Assembly (NCBI GenBank): GCA_951406725.2
Contig: CATOCA020000001.1
Coordinates: 9,982,001-10,046,000, forward strand
DNA length: 64,000 nt
Reading direction: 5' to 3'
Source of the DNA: Octopus vulgaris
Lineage: Eukaryota
Made by a program: the position numbers and the translations under genes. Positions within the stretch are counted from its first letter, which is position 1; the number at the start of each line of letters is the position of its first letter. This document shows positions 1 to 11,896 of the stretch, in pieces. The notes under the pieces are model-generated. The model had not been told where the DNA came from, ran no database searches, and saw only the letters and a program-made list of their open reading frames with translations.

Positions 1-2325
1 TCCTGAAGCTGTCTAGCTGAAAAGATTATATCAGCAGTGCCACATCCCACACGAAAGCCAGATTGACTTTCTTGAAGAACACAGTCTGCAACGGATTTCA
101 GCAGACGATCCAGAAGTACCATGCATAAAACCTTTCCTACAACAGACAGCAATGATACTCTCCTATAATTACCACAATCATTCCTGCTGCCCTTTCCCTT
201 CCACCATTACTGTATCTCTCCAGTCCTCGTACAGATTCACTAGTCCATATCTTACCAAACAAAGAGTGAAGTTTCTGCAGAAGTTTCTCACCACCATACT
301 GTAACAACTCCGCATGTATGCCATCCATACCCGGAGACTTCCCATTATTCAACCTTGAGACAGCCATTGCAACGTCTTCCAACTTTCGTGGTTCTGCAAG
401 TGCTGCCTTCACAGGCAATCCAGGGATGAGATTGAGAACATCCTCACTAACTACAGACTGTTGATTCAAAAGTTCATCAAAGTGTTCTTGCCACCTTCGC
501 AGAATTCCTTGTGAATCATGAAGAACTTCTTTACCATCCCTGCTTCGAATTGGTGTCATCAGGGAAGACGTCGGTCCATAAACTTCTCGCAAGAGACCAT
601 ACAGCAACTTTGTGTTATTGGAATCTCATGCCGCCTGTATCTCGTCAGCCTTCTTACTCCACCACGTATCCCTCATCTGAGAGAGCCTTTGCCTCACACG
701 TGATTTTACGTCCTTGAGTTCCCTATGCAACACTTCCCTTTCCTGTGACTTTGCTGACAAATAGCGTGACAATGTACGCCTTTTATCATCCAATAAATCA
801 TCTATATGTTCATCATTTTCTTTGAACCAATCTTGATGCTTTCTTTGTATCAATCCCAGAACTTTCCTGCCTATATCATAAACTGACTTTTTGAGGTTCG
901 GCCAATCTTCCCCAATATCTGCAGCATTCATTTCCTCTCGTAAAGTTCTCTTCATACTATTATATCAACATTCAGTCTTTTAGGCAGGATCATCCCTGGA
1001 GCTCGGATTTTATGTTTTGTGACTAATTTCACTGTTGCACGTCGTACTAGGCGGTGGTCAGTCCAACACTCAGCTCCACGAAGAACACGATCACACTGTA
1101 CATCCTGTCTGTCACGCACCCTAACTAGGATGTAATCCAGAATATGCCATTCTTTATTCCTAAGCTTATTCTTTGGTTGAAACATGGTATTGGTAACACA
1201 CAGACTCAGCTCTTCACACATCTGCAGCAAAAGCATGCCATTACTATTACACTTCCTTACCCCATGCTTTCCAATTACAGTCCATGTGTTAAGATCCCTA
1301 CCCACTCTAGCATTAAAGTCACCCAGTACGATGACTTTGTCTGCCGAGGGATATTTCTTATAATACCCTTCAAAGCATGGTAGAAAGAAAGTTTTTCGTC
1401 ATCAGTATAGCACATAGTTGGAGCTTACACACTCACCAAGGTCATATAATTTCCTTTAGCCAAAGGAATTCTCATGGACATAAGACGATCGTTAATTTCG
1501 ATTGGGAATTCTTCCAACTTGTCCACAAGAGTAGTCTTAACAGCAAATGCCACTCCAGCTTCTCCTCTAAACTCTTCATCTCTCCCTTTCCAAGAGAATG
1601 TATATTTTCCACAAGATTCTGTAAGATGACCATCTCCAGGTAATCTCGTCTCAGATAAAGCAACAATGTCAAGATCATAGCGTTGAAGCTCCTTCGCAAC
1701 AAGCGCAGTCCTTCTTTCAGGACATTCAGAGGACTTATGATCAAGCAGTTTCCGTACATTCCAACAGCCAATATTCATTATTTTCTTTGGTTCTATCACA
1801 GTAGCATGATGACGGCCGGGTTAAGACTGTGATGCTCTGGAACCCCTGCCGGGCCAGACCCTTTCAGCTGATGTGGTTCCAGAGTCCTTACTGCCATTTA
1901 TTTTTATACTGTTTTGGTACATCATTGATTTTTGCTTTTTAAGGCTACAGCCAGCCATTCAGTTGAGACTCACAGCACTATCAACAATCATGAATTAGTT
2001 AATCACTTTAATCAATCCAATGTTGTTTTCGTGCAATGCCTGTGCAAAAAGAAATTTTCAAAGTGAGGAAAGACTGTGCACTGAGTCAATCCCACACACT
2101 AAGCAACAGCAGCCATAATCCGAAAAGAAGAACAATTCAACATCATCGGTAACCACTGAGCCGCAGGTTCTATGTCGCAGTTATCCCAGTTACCTGAGTT
2201 ACCTTCTCCTAGAAGGATGCCCTAACAAAGGCTAGGAGTCCTTCACTCCCCATGGTTTAACCGCGCGATCGGGTATTCAGTCCGGTTATTTCTACGTTCC
2301 CGCGTATGATACAGCCTTAAGCATT
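1..2325 (-). mobile_element. RTE-clade LINE, 5' part (5'UTR, APE endonuclease, start of RT), frameshifted; runs off the window start
   Basis: Minus-strand fragments IGCWNVRKLLD..DIVALSETRL, WHILDYILVR..CWTDHRLV, KSPGMDGIHAELL. Near-identical to 13307-15560. Confidence 0.92.
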
Positions 2326-2431
2326 AAGAAAAAAAAAGAAAAACAGAAAAGAAAGATTAAACATTTATTTGATGGCTGTTGACTCTCAAGAGTTCCTCCT
2401 TCCTACATACATACATACATACATACATACA

Positions 2432-2461
<30 letters not shown>

Positions 2462-2462
<1 letters not shown>

Positions 2463-2695
2463 GTGTGTGTATATGTTTGTGTATCTCTGTTTGTTCCCAC
2501 AACATCGCTTGACAAACGATGCTGGTGTTTTTACGACCCCGTAACTTGGCGGCTCGGGAAAATGAGGTGATTGAATAAGTAATAGATTTACAAAAAAATA
2601 AGCCCTGGGTCGATTTGCCTGTCTAAAGGCGGTGCTCCAGCATGGCCACAATCAAATGACCTAAAGCAAGTAAAACAGTACAGAGTAAAGAGTAT
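2462..2695 (+). mobile_element. tRNA-SINE family A, 3' half
   Basis: Contains the family tail GGCGGTGCTCCAGCATGGCCACAATCAAATGAC...GAGTAAAGAGTA. Paralog at 15723-15958. Confidence 0.8.
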
Positions 2696-3346
2696 ATATG
2701 CATGTGTGTGGATGGGTGGGTGTGGTAGTAGATTAGTAGATTGATTACATATTTCTTTCATTAATTCATCAAAGCTTTCTTCGTCCAACAAATGCCGATA
2801 TTGGAATTTTTGAAATTCTCCCCCCCTCTAGGAAAAACTTTCTCTAAAAGAATTCCAATATAATCAGCATGTACACCATATATAAAAAATTTTACTAAAA
2901 ATATGAACCTTTCTTCCAGTTAAAAGGAGGCAAAATCGAGGGTCATATTTGTGTAGGAATAACCCATAGGCATTCGATACAGATTGTGTACGTATGAGCC
3001 AAAAATAGTTTGTGTGAGATTTGGCTGCTTTTTCTAGCATGTAGATATCCTGTTTGAAGCCCGTAGAATCGGGAGGGGTGGAGGTTGAAGCAGATTGAGA
3101 TGGCAACTTCAATAGTCGGGTAGTATGATAAAAGCACCGAGCCCATGCTGTCAATTGGTTGATGTTAGGAAGGGCATCTAACCAGAAATAGGAGACCAAA
3201 GCAGACATTTGAGCGCAGTGCAGTCCTTGGATCCTGTCCAGTCCAAGCCAGAAAGGAACATGGAAGTTAGGTGATGACGACATGATGATGTTATTTACTC
3301 TGTTGATGATGACAATCAAGGCTATAAATGTATAAGTGTGTGTGTG

Positions 3347-3491
<145 letters not shown>

Positions 3492-3521
3492 GTATGTATG
3501 TATGTATGTGTGTATGTATAG

Positions 3522-3615
3522 GCTTATATGGCGCTGATTTAACTCACCCTTCCCACTTTTTTGTGAAATACATAGAAAAGTTTGGAGATGATGATTCTGA
3601 AAAATGTCATTGTTT
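3522..3615 (+). CDS. Candidate 94-nt internal exon of an unknown protein ([31 protein letters not shown])
   Basis: AG|...|GTAAAA boundaries. Length and frame are conserved in the inverted paralog 17068-17161. Confidence 0.4.
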
Positions 3616-4101
3616 GTAAAATGCCATTTATTCAAAAGAAAATAAATAAACTTCACCTCCCGATTCTACGCTTTTCAACCAGGCTATCTACATGCTAGAA
3701 ATAACAGCCATATCTCACGCAAACTTTATTTGGCACATAATTACAGCCTCTGTATCGAATGCTTTGCATTTTACCCCATGGGGCAACGGAGTCACTTCGT
3801 TACTATCATCTATCTCTTGTAGTTCCTTCTTTTCATTTTCTCTTTCTTTCTCCTTCCGTTCTGTGGAAGTGCATGGCTCAGTGGTGAGATCGCCAGGCTC
3901 ACACTCTCGAGATAATGAGATCGATTCATGGAACGGATCTGAGCACAGTGCAGTCCTTGGATCCTGTCCATCCCATGCCAGAAAATAACATGGATGTTAG
4001 ATGATGATGACAATGATGATGTTATTTACTTTGTTGATGATGACAATCAAGGAAATGATGAACATGATTATAAGCAATTTAGAATTGTTTTGTAAATGAT
4101 T

Positions 4102-4165
<64 letters not shown>

Positions 4166-4415
4166 TTTAGCAATTAAGGACAACTTCTTAATAAGGAAAA
4201 CTTAACAAGAAATTATCAGGTAGATAGCGTGAAAGACCTCATAAGAGAAAAAATTTCGAAAATAATTCTTTCTTATTGAACATATTAATTTATATATAGA
4301 GGGCATTATTATACATACATGTCACACGCTAAGAGTGACAAAATTAGTCATTTCTACCAAAAAATTTACTAATCCCACCGAATGCAATTTTTCAAAGTAA
4401 GACATTTAAAAATAT

Positions 4416-4464
4416 AGACTTGTATCACCTGTGATTTCATACCTCTGTATTCATCAGCAAGCCT
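4416..4464 (-). ncRNA. Type I hammerhead ribozyme (antisense to the PLE ORF)
   Basis: Minus strand reads AGGCTTG CTGATGA ATAC-agag-GTAT GAA ATCAC-ag-GTGAT A | CAAGTCT. Complete catalytic core, all three stems pair. Confidence 0.88.
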
Positions 4465-4774
4465 GAACGTATCATCAATGAACGGCCATTTACCGGATGT
4501 AATATATGTAAACTCACCCAGGTGCTTCGTTGATGTTGATCAGTTAGCTGCTCGGCTTAGACGAGGTAGGGTCGTTTATTTATGATATGCTTCTTTCTCG
4601 CTTATAATCACCCCACATTACTGTATTGTTAAAACAGTATAGTTTTTTTTGGTGCATCTAAGTTGGGTACCATATTCAAGTAAATTCTTTTAAATTAACT
4701 TGAATCTTTATTGCTTTTTGAATATATTCCCATACAGTCTGTATGTTTTTCTGGTACTTAATTTCTCAACAAGA

Positions 4775-7615
4775 ATGGAAAAAGTAAACATTGAGTTCTC
4801 CCCTAAAGACATCCCCTTACATAGTATAGATGAATATAATTGGCTTCTCATTCATAGGATTAACGATTTCATTAGAAGAATCAGGTGGAAAACGTACCAT
4901 TTTGATGTCAAACAGAAGAAACCACAGGAAAAGAATACCGAAAAGAATTTTAGAAGAATTTTTAAAAGTAGAAAAAGCCCACCTCAGAACCCATTCCTGG
5001 AGAACTTTGAGAAAGACTTGCTGAATCTTATAGATGATATTAGCTTCTAGGAACACCCGTTAAGATATAACCCTCACCTTAGACACCTTAGGAACTTTAT
5101 TCAGTCAACCCGGTGCAAACATGGAATCCTAGTACCAGCAGATAAAACGGGTAATATGTATAGAGTTGATTACGATATTTATAGCAAATTAATTAGGAAG
5201 GAACTAAACTCCAAATATAAAATTACGACTAAGAACAATTTGAAAAAAGTAAACATGGAAATGAAAGAGATCATGGAGAAACTAAATTTAACGGATAGAA
5301 CAGAGCCACTTAAACCGTGTGAGCCTAGGATCAACCTTAAAGACCACAAAAAGAATTTCTTGGAAAACCCTTCGGTAAGGCTGATCTGTCCAACTAAGTC
5401 GGACATTGGCCGACTTAGTAAATCTATCCTGGATACTGTTCTACCCCAAATAACCCCTCTTCTCCCCTTAAACCTATGGCTAAGTACGGACGAAGTTCTA
5501 AAATGGTTTAACTCTCTAACTAATACTAGTAGTCTGTCCTTTATTCAGTTCGATATTAATAGTTATTACTCTAGTATTTCCCCTATCTTACTCAACAAAT
5601 CACTAATATTTGCCATGAATCGCTCCCTCATATCTAGAGAAGAAATCAATATTGTGCTACTAGCTAGGAAGACATTTATAGAATTTGAAGATAAATTATG
5701 GACTAGAGCAGATACACCAAATTTTTTTGATATACCAATGGGTTCCAGTGATTCGGCTGAGGTAACCAACCTAGTAGGCGCATATCTATTAAAATGCATA
5801 ATCAAGGACATCCCAGAAATACAGGGGGGTCTATATAGGGATGATGCTCTGTTTGTTATCCCTAGTAATAATAAATCTGTTATAGAAAGGATTAGAAAGA
5901 AAATTAATAAGTTCTTTAAGGATTTCAACCTCAGTATAACGTATGAACCGGGCACTAAAATAGTTAACTTCCTAGATATTACGCTAGACCTTAACTCCAA
6001 GCTACATTACCCATTTAGAAAGGAAGGCGAAATCACGAATTACGTAAATAAATTATCAAATCATCCCCCAAATATAATTGAATCTTTAGTAAGAAATATT
6101 TCATTAAGAATTTCAAAATTATCATCCAATAAGGATATATTTAACTCCCATTCTGAGCATTATAATGCGGCGTTAACTAAGGCTGGATACAACCAAAAGA
6201 TTACATTCGTTGATAAGGAGAACCCACGTATTCCTAATGAAGAAGTTATCAGTAATCACGTAAGCAGCAATACAGACCAAGCCCGAAATAAAAGTAGAAT
6301 TAAATTAACGGTAAACGCTAATCTAGCGTACAGGCCCAACAATTCAAATAGAAGCATTGACCAGAACATAGGTAACTCGGATAATATCAAAGTAGATAAA
6401 CCTAAGATACACACAAATAAAAATAAAAATAATGGTAATAAATACAATAACTCCGGTGAGATGAATAGTAATAATTCTACGAACCCTAAATTTAATAGAA
6501 AAGATATATTATGGCTGAATATTCCTTTCAACTGTGCGATACAATCGGATATACAGAACAAATTCAAAGTAATTCTGGAAAAAAATTTCCCTATCTCTCA
6601 TAGATATCATAGAATTATTTCTAGGAAAACAGTTAGGATTTCTTATTCAACCCTCCCAAATATGTCCACTTTAATAGCTAAGATTAATAATAACAACATT
6701 AAACTAGCCAGGAAAGATAGAAATAAAAATAATAATATCAGCATGAATACCAATAGCAATTATAATAATACTACCAACAATAAAAACAGCAATAGTAACT
6801 ATCAAAACATAGGTGAAATTAGTAACCACAGAATGACTAATAACATTAACATTAATAGTAATAATAACAATGCCGATATTAATAGAAGTAATAATGTTAA
6901 TAATAGAAATAATAGAAATAAGGCTAATGGAGAAAATAAGGAGAATGAAAATATCAGTGATATCTATAACAACAATATGCAGTCGGATAAAAAGACTAAC
7001 AATAATAGTAACATTACCAATAATATAAGAAATCATGGTAGGACTTTAGACCTAAATGATGAAACAGAAGGATCAATAAATAATAGCAATACTTTAGATA
7101 TCAGCACCAACTATAGAAATGATAATCAAAATAATAGGAACCTAAGACATCTACCCAAGAATAATCCAAAGCCTGAAGTTGTTCCTCCTGTGTGTAAGTG
7201 TAGAATAAAATCAAAATGCCCGGCACCTGGTCTATGCGGGGAAAATAATGTAATCTATAAATGTACCATATCCACGGAGAATAACAAATATTTTTACATT
7301 GGATGTACAATTAATTTTCTAGCCAGAGTCAGAAATCACATCTCGTCTTTTAAATTACGTCATAAGGCTGGTACCACCACACTTTCAAACAAAATCTGGG
7401 AACTCAATAATAATAATAATAATTATAACCTTAATTGGGAAATAGTTAGGAGAGCAATTCCGTATAAAAATAGTAGGGTTGGTTGCCAACTATGCTCCAT
7501 GGAGACGTATGAAATTCTAAAGCATAGAAAACATAGAAACTTATTGAATAACCATATCGAACTAGGTCAAGTTTGTGTCCACGCTAAATTGAAGACTTTA
7601 AAATATTTTAAATGA
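4775..7615 (+). CDS. Penelope-type reverse transcriptase + GIY-YIG endonuclease, about 946 codons, interrupted by one in-frame TAG at 5048-5050
   Basis: FSPKDIP..FIRRIRWK N-terminus and VPADKTGNMY lie in frame across the TAG. RT motifs FIQFDINSYYSSI, PMGSSDSAEV, LYRDDAL, VNFLDITL. Linker CKCRIKSKC (CxCx5C). Endonuclease NVIYKC..YIGCT..RVRNH, CQLCSME, CVH. Confidence 0.9.
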
Positions 7616-8637
7616 TTAGAATATTCGTAACTAGATAGATAGATAGATATAACTTGTTTTTTACTAGTATAGCACTGCTTTAAGTAGATAACTAAGAGTT
7701 CTCACACTACAGTTATCTTTTTCCTTATATCTGCATCAGTTTTTTGAGAACAGGGAAATGAATAGTACTTATACGCTGCTTAATTGAGGCTTTATTTAAT
7801 TTCAAACTCATAATTTTAAATCTTAATTTTAAATCTTAATTGTAATTTTTAATTTTAATTCTTAACTTAATCTAATTTAAGTAGCATAACTCTAATAAAA
7901 TAAAATGAGTTACTAAAGCCCCATAATTCTATTTCAAAATTAAATAAATTAGGCTACTCCCTCGGTGATAATATGATTATCTTCATTATGATAGACAATC
8001 CCCTAACACCTTGTAAATGATCTTCTAAGATTTGACCTGTAGTCCGTCAATATATGAATAATAACGGCAACTCCTTAAGACAATAAAATGAATAAAGTAA
8101 ATAAATAAATTTTAATGACTTTTTGATAAGATTATACTTAGATTTTCCTAATGTATTTTCTTTTGATCTTAGCATCTGACCCCTAAACCCCTGACCGTGT
8201 TATCTCTTTAGATTCTCTTTAAATTCATAGCTGATTTCAACAGCAATAAATTAGCTGTTTTACTGGTCAAAGAATAATATTCTCCTCTAGTTCCTAGATG
8301 CCTGTAAATTAAAACCAGACTTGCCGTCTACTAATTCTTCTGTATAACTAGAACCCTCTTTTTTTCTTTTTCTTTTTTCCCTTCTTTCCCTATTTCTTTC
8401 TCTTTTCTCTTTTTTCTTTTCCTTCTTCTTATTCTCTTTTTCCTTTTCTCTTCTCTTTTAGTCCCCTCCCCCCTTTTTGCTCCCTCCTCCTTTATTTTCT
8501 CTCTTTTCTTCTATTCCCTTCCCTTTTCTATTCTTTGCCTCTCTAGAAAGCCCTTCAGCCTTTAAAAGTTAAATAGCTACAGCCTCGTGTAAATAGCAGT
8601 AATTGTGATTAATGTGGCAAATACCTAATCATATAAC

Positions 8638-8928
8638 AAGAATTGATACCTACCTCATTGTGTTCAACCATTGATAAATTTATCGCCTGTGAATATGAAA
8701 TTCCTCTTCATTTCTCTGGAAATTTACATCTACACCATTGGAAATTGTGCATCTATACAAAGGATTAATTCACCCTCTCTGTAATGCTAATAAGCAGGAA
8801 TTGAGACCCACCTCGTTGTGATTAACAATGGATAAATTTGTCGTCTGTGAGTATGTAATCCCTCATCATATCTCTGGAAATTCATATGTGCACTATGGAT
8901 TAGGTCACCTTCTCTGTGATGCTATTAA
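8638..8928 (+). repeat. Diverged tandem duplication (period about 158 bp) in the PLE 3' region
   Basis: GAATTGATACCTACCTCATTGTG..CTCTGGAAATT..CTCTGTAATGCTA recurs as GAATTGAGACCCACCTCGTTGTG..CTCTGGAAATT..CTCTGTGATGCTA. Confidence 0.8.
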
Positions 8929-9074
8929 AACTTTTTTAAAATTCTGTGATAAGACTGTACATCATCTTTAAAGAACTTTAATGAACTTTGGAAATCTGTT
9001 TATGTTACTTAATTATCTACATTACTTCATGAGTATAGCCTCAACCACTAGGATGTCTAGAGAACTCACATGTA

Positions 9075-9165
9075 TTTTAGCTGATGAGTACGGGACACGT
9101 TTATATGCTGTAATTTTTGCAACTTTTAATAAAGCCTGTCCTTGTATGAAACGATTGTACTAAAA
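9075..9165 (+). ncRNA. Type I hammerhead ribozyme with minimal stem III at the PLE 3' end
   Basis: TTTTAG CTGATGA GTACGGGACA..TGTCCTTGTAT GAA AC-gatt-GT A | CTAAAA. Predicted cleavage after 9159. Confidence 0.88.
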
Positions 9166-9192
9166 ACCTATCCATTCTTGTTGCTTCTTTCT

Positions 9193-9231
<39 letters not shown>

Positions 9232-9244
9232 TTTCTTACAATAT

Positions 9245-9680
9245 ACTGTGACTGGTTGCTGAAATGTGGAAGTGTTATACCTCGACGTTGCAAAGGCCGA
9301 TAAATGTTGATAAAGTTTTATCATGGAACAATATGTCACAAACTTTGTGATCTTGGCATAGTTGGAGAATTGTGAGAATGGCTTCATGACTTTCTGAAGG
9401 ATAGAAGTCAGGTGGTATTAGCCAATGGGGCTACCTCCAATGATACGCAAATAAGGACCGGTGTCCCGCAAGGCTCTGTTTTGGGAGCACTTCTGCTCAT
9501 ATTGTCCCTCTCAGAATGCCCTCAAAACGCCACGATCACAAGTTATGCAGATGATACAAAAGTTTCACAGGCAATACAGAACCCTGAAGACACTATGCAC
9601 CTGCAATGTGAGCTGGACAAAATATACAAGGGGGCTGACAAGAATAGCATGCAGTTCATTACTAAAATTTGCTTTATAGA
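9245..9680 (+). mobile_element. LINE RT fragment, same family as 44878-48725
   Basis: TGVPQGSVLG..TSYADDTKVSQAIQNPE matches ORF2 at about 47.4-47.9 kb. Confidence 0.85.
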
Positions 9681-9773
9681 GACATAAACAAACCAACTCC
9701 ATGTCAGGCTGCAATCGTAGGATAAGGACATACATAAACATGAACACACACACACGCACACACACACACAGAT

Positions 9774-9875
<102 letters not shown>

Positions 9876-10589
9876 TCCAACGTTTAAGTAATGCAAACGA
9901 TAGGCCGTAAAAATTAATTTATACCTAAGGCATTTAAATGAATTATAAAATAGTCTTAAGGGAGATAACTCTCAAATATATTAAAATATAATTGAGAGTA
10001 GCTTCCCTTGAGATAAAATATTTTAGTTTACGTTAGCGTATTTTTTTGCGTGTGTGCTTTTTTGTTCGGTGTGTTCGAACGCTTCTATCCTTGAATCTGT
10101 TTGTATATGCGGGTTTCTGTGTGTGTATGTGTATATGTATGGTTGCGTGTGTGTGTGGGTGGGTGTGTTTGCGAGAGAAGGAGTGGGAGGGAGAGAGGAA
10201 AGCATTGGAGGTTGGAGTAATGCAGTAATAAGCTCTATAGAACATCCTTACATCGAATCTTTTAACAGTTTGCTCTTTACCCTGGATTTCCCTCATTCAT
10301 TGGATTGTGGCCATGCTGGGGCACCGCCTTCATGAGTTTCTGACGGGTTAACTGGACCTATTTATTTATTTATTTGTAATTTCTCCTTATTCTTCCGTCC
10401 TGTATCGCTGAACGTTGCTTTATATAGACATAAACAAAGCAACACCGTGTCAGGCTGCAATCGTAGGATAAGGACACGCATAAACATGAACACACACACA
10501 CACCTAGAGACTTCATAAGCTCCTAAATAAATAGAACTGTATGTTTTAACGCCCATCTCCAAACTAAGTTTTTTTCTTCATGTTTACAC

Positions 10590-11200
10590 TCGATGTAGGG
10601 AGTTTAAATGTTTACATCCTGTCATCGAATTGGAAATAAGGGCTTTTCCTCAATGACCTCGTGTCGCTTAATTTGGATGTGTTAGTAGTTAGAGACACCT
10701 GGCTGAGTGGACTGACAAGCATTTCTCCCCGCCTAAACTGCAACGAGAAATTTATTTCTCCTGGTCACCCAGAATGTGAAGAGGGGCGGTCGTAGTTCTG
10801 CTCAAGAAAAACTGTATTTAGAGACAAGAGTAATCTTTATTGATCCGAGGGTGGGAGTAGACTGGTCGTATTTGATGTAAACCTCATCATTGATAAGTCT
10901 TTCAGGCTGGGGGTTGTTTATAAACTCCGACGACCGGACAGTTAGACAATTTTCTAGACTAGAGAATTTTCTAGGTACGTCACACTCCTTAGTGGATTGT
11001 GTTTGCTCGAATACAGAGAGGAGGAGAAACACGTATCTCTTCGATCTGCTTAAGCGTTTTTTGCTGGCAAATCTGTATATACTGGAACACCCAGACGCTC
11101 CGCTGTGGACGTGGATGAATAGCGATGGGTCTTCTAGATGTATAGATAAAGATTTATGTAACTAGAGTGATCAGAAGCCTGTGACCTGAAAGTTTGAACT
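10590..11200 (+). mobile_element. Degenerate APE endonuclease fragment of an L1/Tx1-type LINE
   Basis: GSLNV..LNDLVSLNLDVLVVRDTWL at the start and WTW..SRCID..SDQKPV at the end. 5' part duplicated at about 18170-18310. Confidence 0.55.
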
Positions 11201-11828
11201 CGATAGGTTACATAGGCAAGGTCCAGGCCACTAGAAGCTCCTTAGTTACCTTGGGTTTCTTTAATTCATTGGATTGTGGCCATGCTGGGGCTCCGTCTTG
11301 AAGAATTTTCGTCGCTTTAACTGCACCTATATATTTATTTATTTACTTGTAATCTGTTCTTATGCTTCCGACCTGTAACGCTAAACGTTGCTTTATAGTG
11401 ACATAAACAAAGTAACAACGTTGCGATCAGAGGACAAGCATACACACAAAATATCTCAGGGACGCATGCACACACACACATACATACACATACCCTTAAT
11501 ACATATACACAATCAGATATGAATGCACTTGCAAATATTCATCAATGCTTGCGTATATTCATACATACTTTTATACATATATACATACACACACATATAT
11601 ACATATATACATACATACATGCATGCTTGCATACATACATACATGCATACATACACGCATACATATACATATATGCATGCAAACATACCTACATACATGC
11701 ATACATACAGTCGCACATGCATGCATACATACATGCATACATACATACATGCATGCATACATACATACATATATATATACATACATATATGCAATCACAT
11801 ATATATATACTTACAGACACATATATAC

Positions 11829-11863
<35 letters not shown>

Positions 11864-11896
11864 CATACACACATATATACGTAGATATACATACAT

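Larger units (their letters stand above)
4163..9195 (+). mobile_element. Penelope-like retroelement (Naiad-type) inserted in (TA)n
   Basis: RT + C-terminal GIY-YIG ORF, hammerhead motifs near both ends, (TA)n directly flanking both sides (about 4107-4162 and 9196-9230). Confidence 0.9.

Noticed and set aside
5048-7615. Selenoprotein-type Naiad
   Set aside because: No internal in-frame TGA. The internal stop is TAG and the conserved Cys positions are ordinary Cys codons.
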